Shown here in pieces: positions 1 through 8,781 of a stretch of 34,862 nt of DNA. Made by a program: the position numbers and the translations under genes. Below the pieces are notes generated by a model. The model was given only the letters and a program-made list of their open reading frames with translations, had not been told where the DNA came from and ran no database searches. Location: positions 1-34,862 of the forward strand of contig CAVNZM010000042.1 in the NCBI GenBank assembly GCA_963693365.1, written 5' to 3'. The stretch is from Amoebidium appalachense (lineage: Eukaryota > Protista > Ichthyosporea). Numbering within the stretch: the first letter of the stretch is position 1; each line of letters starts with the position of its first letter.

Positions 1-179
1 AATCGATATTACAATACACAATTAATGCCGATACAACACGATTACAAGTATACAAGCATATCGGAGATCGATGCTACACTTTACATAATAGGAGTGTGGC
101 ATTTACACTAAGCATATGAACTCAAACATAACACAAACTGAGAAGATCTTACCATATGTAAATATAACGTGTTACAACA
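1..179 (-). mobile_element. Probable LTR end of a second LTR element inserted into the copia RT
   Basis: Pol homology stops after EQPPGFV(N). The minus strand then reads TGTTGTAACACGTTATATTT in AT-rich DNA. This is similar but not identical to the copia LTR start TGTTAAACACGTTTATTT at 3633. Confidence 0.45.
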
Positions 180-2294
180 GTTGACGAAGCCAGGGGGCTG
201 CTCAATGTAGATGGTCTCGTTGACGGTGCCGTTGAGGAATGCTGTGTTGACGTCGATGTGGCGCAGAGGCAGACCTTGGGCCACGGAGGTAGCCAAAACC
301 AGCCGGATGGTAGCCAGCGCAGCCACAGGTGACTCGGTGACGAAATAGTCCTGGCCAGGCTGCTGGTAGTTGCCCCGGGCCACAAGCCGGGCCTTGAAAG
401 CAGTGACGTTGCCGACGTTGTCCTGCTTGACCGTAAAGACCCAGCCGACCGGAATGACAGTGGAGCCATCCTCTGGACGGGGCACAAGGGTGAAGGTGCC
501 GTTGTCTTCCAGGGCCTTGAGCTCACGGTGTGCAGCCTCCTCCCATTTCAGACGCTGGGGACTCTTGAGTGCAGCCCGGACAGTCTTGGGGACAACAATG
601 GTGGAAGCCTTGATGGGTGTTGATGCAGGAGCCGTAGCCTGGGAGGCAAGGGGGGCCGTAGCAGCAGCCACGTTGGCAGTCGGGCCTCGACGTTGGTCGT
701 TGTACACAGCGCCACTACGGGTCGTCCGGGGGAGCCGATGTGCAGGCTCGGGCAGGATCAGAATGTCCAATTGATCACTCGGCGCTGTCCCATTGGCTGA
801 CAGACGAGACGAATCAGATTGCTGATCATTCCGGACGATGTGATTGGCTGGCTGATTTGACGAATCAGATGACTCCAAAAAATGATGAATTGCCGGTGCG
901 GTCGACCAATCAGATGGGACATCACGGAGGGGGTGCAGAATAGCAGCCTCGTCGAACTGCACGTCACGGCTGACGGTCATCTTGTGTGCTGCTGGAATCC
1001 AGACCTTGTAGCCCTTGATGTTAGGAGGGTAGCCCACGAAGATGCCCTTGACGGCACGAGGCGCCAGTTTCGGTGTATCCTGTTGATGGACGTAGCAGGG
1101 AGAGCCCCAGACACGGAGCCGGCTGTAGTCGGGAGGAATGCCGGTCCACAGCAGGGCGGGAGACGATTGGCTGCCGGTGGCTCGCGACGGGAGCATGTTG
1201 CGTATAAAAGCCGCGGTCACAGCTGCCTCGGCCCAGAATCCCACCGGAAGGCCGGACTGCTGCAGGAGTGCCCGAACCATGTCGAGGAGGGTCCGGTTCA
1301 GTCGTTCGGCAGTCCCATTCTGTTGAGGAGAGCCGGTGGTAGTGATCTGATGGCGAATGCCGTGCTCACGGTTGTAGTCCCCGAAGGCCGTGCCCATGTA
1401 CTCGCCCCCCCCGTCGGACTGAAACACCTGCATGGGAACACCGTGTTGGGTAACCGCCGCCTTGTGGTACGTCACATATGCAGCCAGTGTGTCCGACTTC
1501 TTGACGAGGGGCACGGCCGTGGTGTGGCCGGTGAAGTCGTCGTGGAACGTCGCCAAGTACTGAGCACCACCGATCGCGGGAGGGAAGGGGCCGCTGATGT
1601 CGCTGTGAACCTTGGCTAGGACCCGGGGAGCTTGGCTGGTTGATTCGGAGAAGGCAACACGGTGGGCTTTGCCGAGGGCACAGGGCTCACACACACCCGG
1701 AGACTTGGCACCGCCACCCACCAACAGGCCTGCAGACTTGATGACCGAGCGTACAGCGTCAATGCCAGCATGGCCCAGACGGTAGTGCCACGTGTTGAGG
1801 TCGGCAGTAACCTTGAGGATACGCGGAGCAGTGGTGGTTTGGGCGTCCGGGGTTGTGTCCGCGCGCAGAAGAGACACCGCCATGTGGTACAGCTTGGTGC
1901 CGACAGCCGAGCCGGTGGCCAGAATTTGATCGCCGTAGCACAACTTAACGCCGCCGCGGGTGTCAAAGCGGGGTAAAACGCCGTTGGTAGATGCCGTGAA
2001 CACACTGATGAGAGTGTCGGGGATGGAGGGCACGTAGAGTACATCCGTCAGCTGATGCACCGCAGTAACGCCGTCGATGGTGCTGGAAAAGAACACGTCG
2101 CCCACCCCAAGCACTGCACATGCACCCTTGTCGGCTACTTGGACCGTGGAGTAAGGCGCCGCACGCATGTTGACGAACACATCGGGCCGGGGGCACACAT
2201 GGTCAGTGGCTCCAGAGTCGAGGAGCACCTTGTTGGTGCCACAGTCGTTGCTAGACATGAGGAAAGCCCGGGGAGCGGCAGCCCCCCCTTGCAC
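108..2294 (-). CDS. pol: Copia Pol (protease, GAG-pre-integrase, integrase, SH3, N-terminal RT), truncated at about 180
   Basis: Motifs: LLDSGATDH (protease); WHYRLGH...CEPC (HHCC); VHSDISGP, FQSDGGGEY and QQNGTAERLNRTL (DDE integrase); LRVWGSPCY...GIFVGY; FKARLVARG...HIDVNTAFLNG...EQPPGF (RVT_2). The last ~23 aa are read-through into foreign DNA. Confidence 0.93.
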   Translation of the reverse strand: MQGGAAAPRAFLMSSNDCGTNKVLLDSGATDHVCPRPDVFVNMRAAPYSTVQVADKGACAVLGVGDVFFSSTIDGVTAVHQLTDVLYVPSIPDTLISVFTASTNGVLPRFDTRGGVKLCYGDQILATGSAVGTKLYHMAVSLLRADTTPDAQTTTAPRILKVTADLNTWHYRLGHAGIDAVRSVIKSAGLLVGGGAKSPGVCEPCALGKAHRVAFSESTSQAPRVLAKVHSDISGPFPPAIGGAQYLATFHDDFTGHTTAVPLVKKSDTLAAYVTYHKAAVTQHGVPMQVFQSDGGGEYMGTAFGDYNREHGIRHQITTTGSPQQNGTAERLNRTLLDMVRALLQQSGLPVGFWAEAAVTAAFIRNMLPSRATGSQSSPALLWTGIPPDYSRLRVWGSPCYVHQQDTPKLAPRAVKGIFVGYPPNIKGYKVWIPAAHKMTVSRDVQFDEAAILHPLRDVPSDWSTAPAIHHFLESSDSSNQPANHIVRNDQQSDSSRLSANGTAPSDQLDILILPEPAHRLPRTTRSGAVYNDQRRGPTANVAAATAPLASQATAPASTPIKASTIVVPKTVRAALKSPQRLKWEEAAHRELKALEDNGTFTLVPRPEDGSTVIPVGWVFTVKQDNVGNVTAFKARLVARGNYQQPGQDYFVTESPVAALATIRLVLATSVAQGLPLRHIDVNTAFLNGTVNETIYIEQPPGFVNCCNTLYLHMVRSSQFVLCLSSYA

Positions 2295-3343
2295 TGTGCC
2301 GTAGTGTGGGTAGTAGAGGCAGGGTGGTTGATGCAGGACCCAGGCGGGAGGGGACCACCCTTAGGTTTGCGGCCGTTGGCACGGTTGCCCCCCTTGCACA
2401 TGGCGGTAGTGTGACTGGTAGACAGTGGGTGGTTGACGCAGGAACCCTTGGGGTAGGTGCTGGCACGGTTGTTGCCAGAGTTGCTGTGTTGGCCGTTGCC
2501 GTTGGGGCACTGAGACTTGATGTGGCCTGGTTTGCCGCAGCCGTGGCAGATGACAGGTTGAGGAGCCCGTGTGGTGAAGGCGGCCGGCCCGGAGCTGGTA
2601 GTCACACGTGCACGTGGGTGGCTGGTCTCATATGCCCGTAGCTGTTGGAGGAGGCCCATTACGGTAGGCTTGGGTGTCATCTTGTAGGCAATGACAGGCA
2701 TTTCGTAGTAAGGCACCTTGCCGAGGTCGTTGGTGAGCTTGGTCAGCACTTGAGCATCACCAATTTGTGTGCCGTAATCGGCCAGGCGCCGCACGTAGCC
2801 GCGGAGCTTCATGGCGTATTTCGTCGCGGTGTCCGTAGGTTCAGGCGTAGAATTCATGTACAGCCCGATAAGGTCGTACTGATTGGCCTCAGATTGCTCC
2901 AGGTAGTGGGCAGATAGGGCCGACCATATCTCCGCAGGTGTGGTGGTGCGTGTTAACCCTAGGATACAACGCACGTCAACCGAGAGTGCTTGCCACAGGT
3001 AGGAACGGGCAGTGTCGACCTGTTCACGGGTAGCCGGGTGCTCCGTACTGGGCGCGATGGTGTGGAGAAGACCAGCACCAGAAAGCTGGACATACATGGT
3101 TTCGGCCCATGTGTGGTAGTCCGTGCCTGAATCATTATCAATGCCAGTGAAGAGAGGGATGTCGACCTTGAACTTGATGGAATCATTACGTGAGGGGCCC
3201 ATAACCCTGTTGGACATCGTGTTCATAGAAGCTAGTTCTAGTGCACGTTGTTCCTTCTGTAAGTCAGAAATGATTGCATCTTGTGAGGCCAACCTCTGCT
3301 CCAGTAGTTGGACTAGTTGCTGCAACTGTAAGTTGTCAGACAT
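2135..3343 (-). CDS. gag: Copia Gag with CCHC zinc knuckle
   Basis: YHTWAETM and AEIWSALSAHY copia-gag-like helices, and CHGCGKPGHIKSQC knuckle. It lies directly upstream of pol. Residues after the G7 run at 2282-2288 are probably out-of-frame tail. Confidence 0.88.
   Translation of the reverse strand: MSDNLQLQQLVQLLEQRLASQDAIISDLQKEQRALELASMNTMSNRVMGPSRNDSIKFKVDIPLFTGIDNDSGTDYHTWAETMYVQLSGAGLLHTIAPSTEHPATREQVDTARSYLWQALSVDVRCILGLTRTTTPAEIWSALSAHYLEQSEANQYDLIGLYMNSTPEPTDTATKYAMKLRGYVRRLADYGTQIGDAQVLTKLTNDLGKVPYYEMPVIAYKMTPKPTVMGLLQQLRAYETSHPRARVTTSSGPAAFTTRAPQPVICHGCGKPGHIKSQCPNGNGQHSNSGNNRASTYPKGSCVNHPLSTSHTTAMCKGGNRANGRKPKGGPLPPGSCINHPASTTHTTAQCKGGLPLPGLSSCLATTVAPTRCSSTLEPLTMCAPGPMCSSTCVRRLTPRSK
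3195..3207 (-). other. Primer-binding site of the copia element (tRNAiMet anticodon-arm type)
   Basis: GGGTTATGGGCCC directly follows the LTR-terminal CA. It is the same type as the Drosophila copia PBS GGTTATGGGCCCAG. Confidence 0.8.
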
Positions 3344-3633
3344 AGTGTCGTGTATGATGGGTAACTTGTCTATGTGTTTTGTGCACTGAAAACGACAGTA
3401 GAAAAGTGTAAATCAAACGTTCTGCTTCCCATGTTTGTGACATGGGAGGCACTGCTTTATATAGTCGTTGGCCACCTCATGGTGGCCTCGTGTGCACCCT
3501 GGTGGTGGGCCATGTACAGCATGGCCGAAAAGAGAGCACAATGAAAACAAGTCGTTAAAGATATAAAAGTTAACTGTGCACGTTGAGTGGCTAGTTAACT
3601 TGCACTAAAGCACACAAATAAACGTGTTTAACA
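3208..3633 (-). repeat. 5' LTR of the copia element (about 426 bp)
   Basis: Minus strand starts TGTTAAA and ends TCCAACA, immediately followed by the PBS, with an internal TATATAAA. The partner LTR is not in the window, so the 3633 boundary is inferred. Confidence 0.7.
3456..3463 (-). promoter_or_regulatory. TATA box in copia LTR
   Basis: TATATAAA on the minus strand, about 115 bp upstream of the gag ATG. Confidence 0.55.
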
Positions 3634-3752
3634 CACCAATTGCAGTTAAACGTAAATCTTACTTCACACAACTAAAAATATTCTGAGAATATCCGGGAAT
3701 AAAGCACACTACCACTCTAAGAATAGAATCCTGTGGCAAATATAGACATGAC

Positions 3753-4182
3753 TGTTGGAGTGCAGACTTACGCTCACTCCACAATATGTGTATGTTAGCT
3801 TTACAATTGGTTCCGTGTACACAGACACACGCTGACACTCGATCACCACATGCACATCTGCATAGTTGAGGAATGTTGCCAATTGTGTTTTGACTGCAAA
3901 CGATTGGTTCACTGGTCCCAGAGATCTCTAAATGAAAGTAACCAATCCGATTAGCACCTGGCATCCGGATTACATTCCAGACTGCTGCCCCACGGGTATA
4001 TAAGCCACGTCTCTGCCAGGTGCAGACATGGAGTTCAGACATGGAGTTCAGTCATGGAGTTCAGTCATGGAGTTCAGTCATGGAGTTCAGTCATGGAGTT
4101 AACACACTGAAAGCAGTAAAAAACGGGTCAGCGCCCAAGCGCGCCACGACGACCCTAGTCACAGCGGACTCTACTTCCAACA
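3753..4182 (+). repeat. TRIM LTR1 (430 bp)
   Basis: TG...CA ends with a 7-bp terminal inverted repeat, TATATAA at 3997-4003, and 6 copies of a 13-bp repeat. Confidence 0.9.
4025..4102. repeat. 13-bp tandem repeat G(T/A)CATGGAGTTCA x6 (also 5632-5709)
   Basis: Directly visible head-to-tail array just downstream of the LTR TATA box. Confidence 0.95.
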
Positions 4183-4197
4183 GGGTTATGGGCCCAG
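4183..4197 (+). other. TRIM PBS (second copy 5058-5072)
   Basis: GGGTTATGGGCCCAG abuts the LTR end and is complementary to the tRNAiMet anticodon arm CTGGGCCCATAACCC. Confidence 0.85.
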
Positions 4198-4475
4198 ACA
4201 CGACACCGCGGCCTCTAACTTCACGTCCCCTACGACGCCTTGAACGGAGGAGCCAGAACCCGACTTCTAGGCTGTACCCTACACCCGCGAGCGTATTTCC
4301 GTGAAGTAGAGACTTTCGCTTCCACAAACTCCATCCGCAGCAGCCTGCGACATCAACGTCAAGTATTCCACTTCATTGGCGGGGCAAGCACCACAGTGGA
4401 ATGCACACCCCGGTCTACCCTGCAAGTAGCCACACTCACTCTCTCTTCTCTAGTGGTGTGTACACTTCTCCAATT

Positions 4476-4484
4476 GGGTAGGGG
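4476..4484 (+). other. TRIM polypurine tract (second copy 5351-5359)
   Basis: GGGTAGGGG lies immediately before the LTR-initial TG. Confidence 0.75.
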
Positions 4485-5057
4485 TGTTGGAGTGCAGACT
4501 TACGCTCACTCCACAATATGTGTATGTTAGCTTTACAATTGGTTCCGTGTACACAGACACACACTGACACTCGATCACCACATGCACATCTGCATAGTTG
4601 AGGAATGTTGCCAATTGTGTTTTGACTGCAAACGATTGGTTCACTGGTCCCAGAGATCTCTAAATGAAAGTAACCAATCCGATTAGCGCCTGGCATCCGG
4701 ATTACATTCCAGACTGCTGCCCCACGGGTATATAAACCACGGCTCTGCCAGGTGCAGAAATGGAGTTCAGTCATGGAGTTCAGACATGGAGTTCAGTCAT
4801 GGAGTTCAGTCCAGGTGCAGAAATGGAGTTCAGTCATGGAGTTCAGACATGGAGTTCAGTCATGGAGTTCAGTCATGGAGTTCAGTCATGGAGTTCAGTC
4901 ATGGAGTTCAGACATGGAGTTCAGACATGGAGTTCAGACATGGAGTTCAGTCATGGAGTTCAGTCATGGAGTTAACACACTGAAAGCAGTAAAAAAAACG
5001 GGTCAGCGCCCAAGCGCGCCACGACGACCCTAGTCACAGCGGACTCTACTTCCAACA
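4485..5057 (+). repeat. TRIM middle LTR2 (573 bp, diverged, expanded array)
   Basis: Same termini as LTR1/3, with several substitutions, A8 instead of A6, and 16 copies of the 13-mer plus an 11-bp insert. Confidence 0.9.
4757..4975. repeat. 13-bp tandem repeat x16 in LTR2
   Basis: 4 units, then GTCCAGGTGCA, then 12 units. This accounts for 141 of the 143 extra bp in LTR2. Confidence 0.93.
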
Positions 5058-5359
5058 GGGTTATGGGCCCAGACACGACACCGCGGCCTCTAACTTCACG
5101 TCCCCTACGACGCCTTGAACGGAGGAGCCAGAAACCGACTTCTAGGCTGTACCCTACACCCGCGAGCGTATTTCCGTGAAGTAGAGACTTTCGCTTCCAC
5201 AAACTCCATCCGCAGCAGCCTGCGACATCAACGTCAAGTATTCCACTTCATTGGCGGGGCACGCACCACAGTGGAATGCACACCCCGGTCTACCCTGCAA
5301 GCAGCCACACTCACTCTCTCTTCTCTAGTGGTGTGTACACTTCTCCAATTGGGTAGGGG

Positions 5360-5789
5360 TGTTGGAGTGCAGACTTACGCTCACTCCACAATATGTGTAT
5401 GTTAGCTTTACAATTGGTTCCGTGTACACAGACACACGCTGACACTCGATCACCACATGCACATCTGCATAGTTGAGGAATGTTGCCAATTGTGTTTTGA
5501 CTGCAAACGATTGGTTCACTGGTCCCAGAGATCTCTAAATGAAAGTAACCAATCCGATTAGCACCTGGCATCCGGATTACATTCCAGACTGCTGCCCCAC
5601 GGGTATATAAGCCACGTCTCTGCCAGGTGCAGACATGGAGTTCAGACATGGAGTTCAGTCATGGAGTTCAGTCATGGAGTTCAGTCATGGAGTTCAGTCA
5701 TGGAGTTAACACACTGAAAGCAGTAAAAAACGGGTCAGCGCCCAAGCGCGCCACGACGACCCTAGTCACAGCGGACTCTACTTCCAACA
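5360..5789 (+). repeat. TRIM LTR3 (430 bp)
   Basis: Appears identical to LTR1 and is followed by the TSD ATGAC. Confidence 0.9.
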
Positions 5790-5982
5790 ATGACATCATC
5801 TGAACCGGGAATATTAATTAATGAGCACAATTAGCACGTTGCTAGTGAAGCTCGTCATTGGTACAGTTTTGGCTCAAACATATAACTACCATATATGAAT
5901 ATGACCGTAAACAAAAGCTCTATGCACTCGAGTGAGTGTTGAAACAATTATTCAATTGCTCAGAAACTTTCTCTAACAGACA

Positions 5983-6594
5983 TTGCTAGCCGGGAGTACC
6001 AGTGTACTCCAACAACCCGTTCCCCTGCGTTCAATCGTCATTTGGATCCAAGCTTGGACCCATTACATGGCCGCCAAGCACCACCTCGGCCTCCCCACGG
6101 ACAAAGACGTACTTTGGACTCAGCACATCACTCGCCTCAGCACCCGATACCCGTGGGCCCAGATCCACAACTATGACGTATACGCCCGCACCGTTGCCCA
6201 TCAGCAGGGTCGGGCTCCGATCGAGTGTCCCAACCTGCTCGCCCAACTCCACCAGGATCTCCTCCTGCCACCCACTCTGCTCATCCCGGACGCATGTCAG
6301 CGCTGTGGCTTCCCCGATCACCCCAGCGCGGCCTGCCCCATGTACCCCAAGCCCGGCTGTGGTCTTGACGGCTTTAAGCCGCCCTACAAGCCCGGCGGGG
6401 GTCAAACCCCTAACCGCCCTGGCCCGCAACCCGGCCCGGCAAAACCGGCCCGACCCGTGGATCTACCCGCGACGCACTGCAGGAATTTCCACATTAACGG
6501 TCGGTCCTGCGCTAAGCACCCCTGCCCCTTCTCCCACGTGTGCCCGCTCTGCTCTGGCACACACCCCCGCAAAGACTGCAAGCACAATGCCTAG
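5983..6594 (+). CDS. Ngaro Gag-like ORF1, N-terminally truncated
   Basis: WIQAWTHY...RYPWAQIHNYDVYAR core, CQRCGFPDHPSAAC knuckle and C-terminal CRNF...C...CPFSHVCPLCSGTHPRKDC finger. No ATG; an AT-rich flank abuts at about 5990-6010. Confidence 0.8.
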   Translation: MLAGSTSVLQQPVPLRSIVIWIQAWTHYMAAKHHLGLPTDKDVLWTQHITRLSTRYPWAQIHNYDVYARTVAHQQGRAPIECPNLLAQLHQDLLLPPTLLIPDACQRCGFPDHPSAACPMYPKPGCGLDGFKPPYKPGGGQTPNRPGPQPGPAKPARPVDLPATHCRNFHINGRSCAKHPCPFSHVCPLCSGTHPRKDCKHNA

Positions 6595-6978
6595 TCTACG
6601 CGCACACCCACACACACAGCTAGAACATAGGGGTTAGGAGCTAGGACACACGAGTACAGGGAAACGGAGCTCGGGAGCACGGGCCAATAGGGCTGAGTAC
6701 AAAATTTCGCAGGCCAACTACGGCGCCCGCGCGCGTCAAGAATAAATGTCCCTACACAAAGACGTTTATTCTGGCCACTGCACATAATTTTACTCCCCCC
6801 CCCCCCCATCCCACGAGCCTCCCCCCCCCCCCTTACACTCACCTAGCACTCCCTCCCCCCCCCCCCCTTCTTCTACCTCTGTGTCCGCCCACACCCCCGC
6901 GTGCTCGGGCACATTCCCCTGCACAGGGCCCCGCTGCCCTCCCTGCACCCTCACCTGGGCCCAGCTGCCCTACTCTGA

Positions 6979-6993
6979 CCCCCCGGGGCCCTG

Positions 6994-7044
<51 letters not shown>

Positions 7045-8727
7045 CTGCCGGGATCTCCCCAAGGGTGCCCCACCCTTGCTAACCACCCCTTCCCCCGAGG
7101 CTCAGACCCGGAGGCCCGCCCGCTGCCCCAGCACCACATTGACACCTCCCGCCTCCGGGAACTGCTGGCCTCCTACCCAGACCAATCATTCGCCGCACAA
7201 CTCCTCCACGATGTCGAATTCGGCGTCGACATCGGCTATCGCGGCCCCTCCACCTCTCGGGTGGGCCCCAACCTACCCACCACCCCGGAGGCAGCTGCCG
7301 CTATCACGGCGGATATTGCCAAAGAAGTCGCCCTCGGCCACCTGCGCGGCCCCCTCCCCCCGGCCCAATTCTTTGACGAATTTCCGGTCCACCGCTCCTC
7401 CCCCATCGGCGCCGTTACCAAGAAAGGGAACCCCCCCAAGTACCGTCGAATCCACCACCTCTCCTGGCCCCGGGGTAGCAGTGTCAATGACAGCATCACC
7501 TACCCCGACGAACTTCAGTACATTCGCGCCCGGGATGTCACCCAGCTCATTCTCGACGCAGGCCCCGGCTGCTACATGGCCGTGGCAGATGTGCAGGCTG
7601 CCTTCCGGCACATGCCCATCCGACCAGAAGACCACCACTTAATGGCATTCAAATGGCAGGGGCATTTTTACGTTGAAACCAGACTGCCCTTCGGCCTGAA
7701 ATCTAGCCCAGCCATCTGGGAACGGATCGCGGCCACCCTACAGTGGCTGGCACACCAGCACGGTATTACCCTCATCCGCCACTACGTAGACGACTGGATT
7801 ATAGTCGCCCCCACACAAGAGCAGTGCCAACGTCACCTATCCACCTTCCTGCAACTCTGCCGAGAGCTGCACATTGCCATCTCCGAAGACAAGATGCAGG
7901 GCCCGGCTACCCGTGTCGTCTTCATCGGTATCGAATTCGACTCCATCGCCATGGAGGCACGAATCCCGGCTTCCAAGCTCTCGGACCTACTCGACCTCAC
8001 TTCCCACCCAAAGCCCACCATCACCATTCGGGACCTCCAGTCCCTCCTCGGCAAACTCACCTGGTGTGCCCAGCTGGTCCCCCCCGGGAGGGCCTTCTCC
8101 CAGCGCCTATGGGCCCTTCTCCGGACCCACCCACACCTTGCCGGCCACCACCACATACGACTGACTGCTGCCGCCCGGGCCGACATAGCCGAATGGCACC
8201 AGTTCCTCACATCATGGAATGGGGTGCACCTCATCACACCCCCCACATACACCACCCTGGCCACCGATGCTGCCGGATCGGTGGGTCTAGGAGGCCACTG
8301 GCTCGACCAATGGTTCTTCATGCCCTGGTCCCCCTCCACCCAAGCCCTCTATGCTCATGAGGGTAAACTCGGTTCTTCCGTCATCGAACTCCTGGCCATC
8401 GCAGCCGCCGTGGCCCTCTGGGCCCCCTCCTGGTCCACCCACCATGTCCGTATTTTATGCGACAACACGGGTGCTGTGTCTGACCTGCACTCCCGGTCTT
8501 CCCCCCACCCCGTGATGGCCAAACTTATTCGGTTCATCACCCGCATGGAAATGCAATACCAATTTACGTTACAGGCATCCTACCTACCAGGACCCCTCAA
8601 CCATCTGGCCGATGCCATTTCTCGTAACCAACTTCCCCGGGCCCGACGACTCCGACCTTCCCTGCAACCGGAGCCCTGCCCCTTCCCCTCCTGGGTCCAC
8701 GAGTTCCTATCCCTTCCCTTGGGCTAA
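6979..8727 (+). CDS. Ngaro reverse transcriptase / RNase H (open frame 6979-8727, no ATG; ORF track starts it at 7261)
   Basis: Motifs: LLASYPD...FGVDIGYRGP; KYRRIHHLSWP; DVQAAFRHMPI; LPFGLKSSP; HYVDD; RNase H TDAA, IELLAI, CDN and NHLADAISR. Confidence 0.93.
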
Positions 8728-8781
8728 CCCCCCCCCCCCCCCCCCCCCCCAGATCTCCCGTTCCGGAGCAACACTGGCAGA

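Larger units (their letters stand above)
180..3633 (-). mobile_element. Ty1/copia LTR retrotransposon, interrupted within RT
   Basis: Order LTR-PBS-gag-protease-integrase-RT, with integrase before RT, is diagnostic of copia. The RT YVDD region, RNase H and 3' LTR are absent from the window. Confidence 0.92.
3753..5789 (+). mobile_element. Tandem-array TRIM (non-autonomous LTR element: 3 LTRs, 2 internal regions)
   Basis: TGTTGGA...TCCAACA termini and TSD ATGAC at 3748-3752 and 5790-5794. Two 302-bp internal regions (4183-4484, 5058-5359) each carry a PBS and a PPT. No intact coding capacity. Confidence 0.92.

Noticed and set aside
1-179. 3' LTR of the same copia element after internal deletion
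   Set aside because: Only the first ~20 nt resemble the 5' LTR, and no PPT precedes it.
3427-3487. Two short hairpins in the copia LTR (TCCCATGT/ACATGGGA; GGCCACC/GGTGGCC)
   Set aside because: Stems of 7-8 bp can arise by chance, and there is no second LTR copy to test conservation.
4025-4975. 13-bp repeat arrays as a CRISPR array or coding repeats (MEFSHGVQSWSS ORFs)
   Set aside because: Head-to-tail units with no spacers, no cas genes, located inside LTRs; a 13-bp period opens ORFs in all frames by chance.
3659-5649. Repeated 64-127 aa ORFs within the TRIM
   Set aside because: They recur only because the DNA is repeated, cross LTR boundaries and show no protein motifs apart from the RNase H relic.
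5795-5982. Ngaro A1 repeat
   Set aside because: No similarity to 9933-10410; the element is 5'-truncated.
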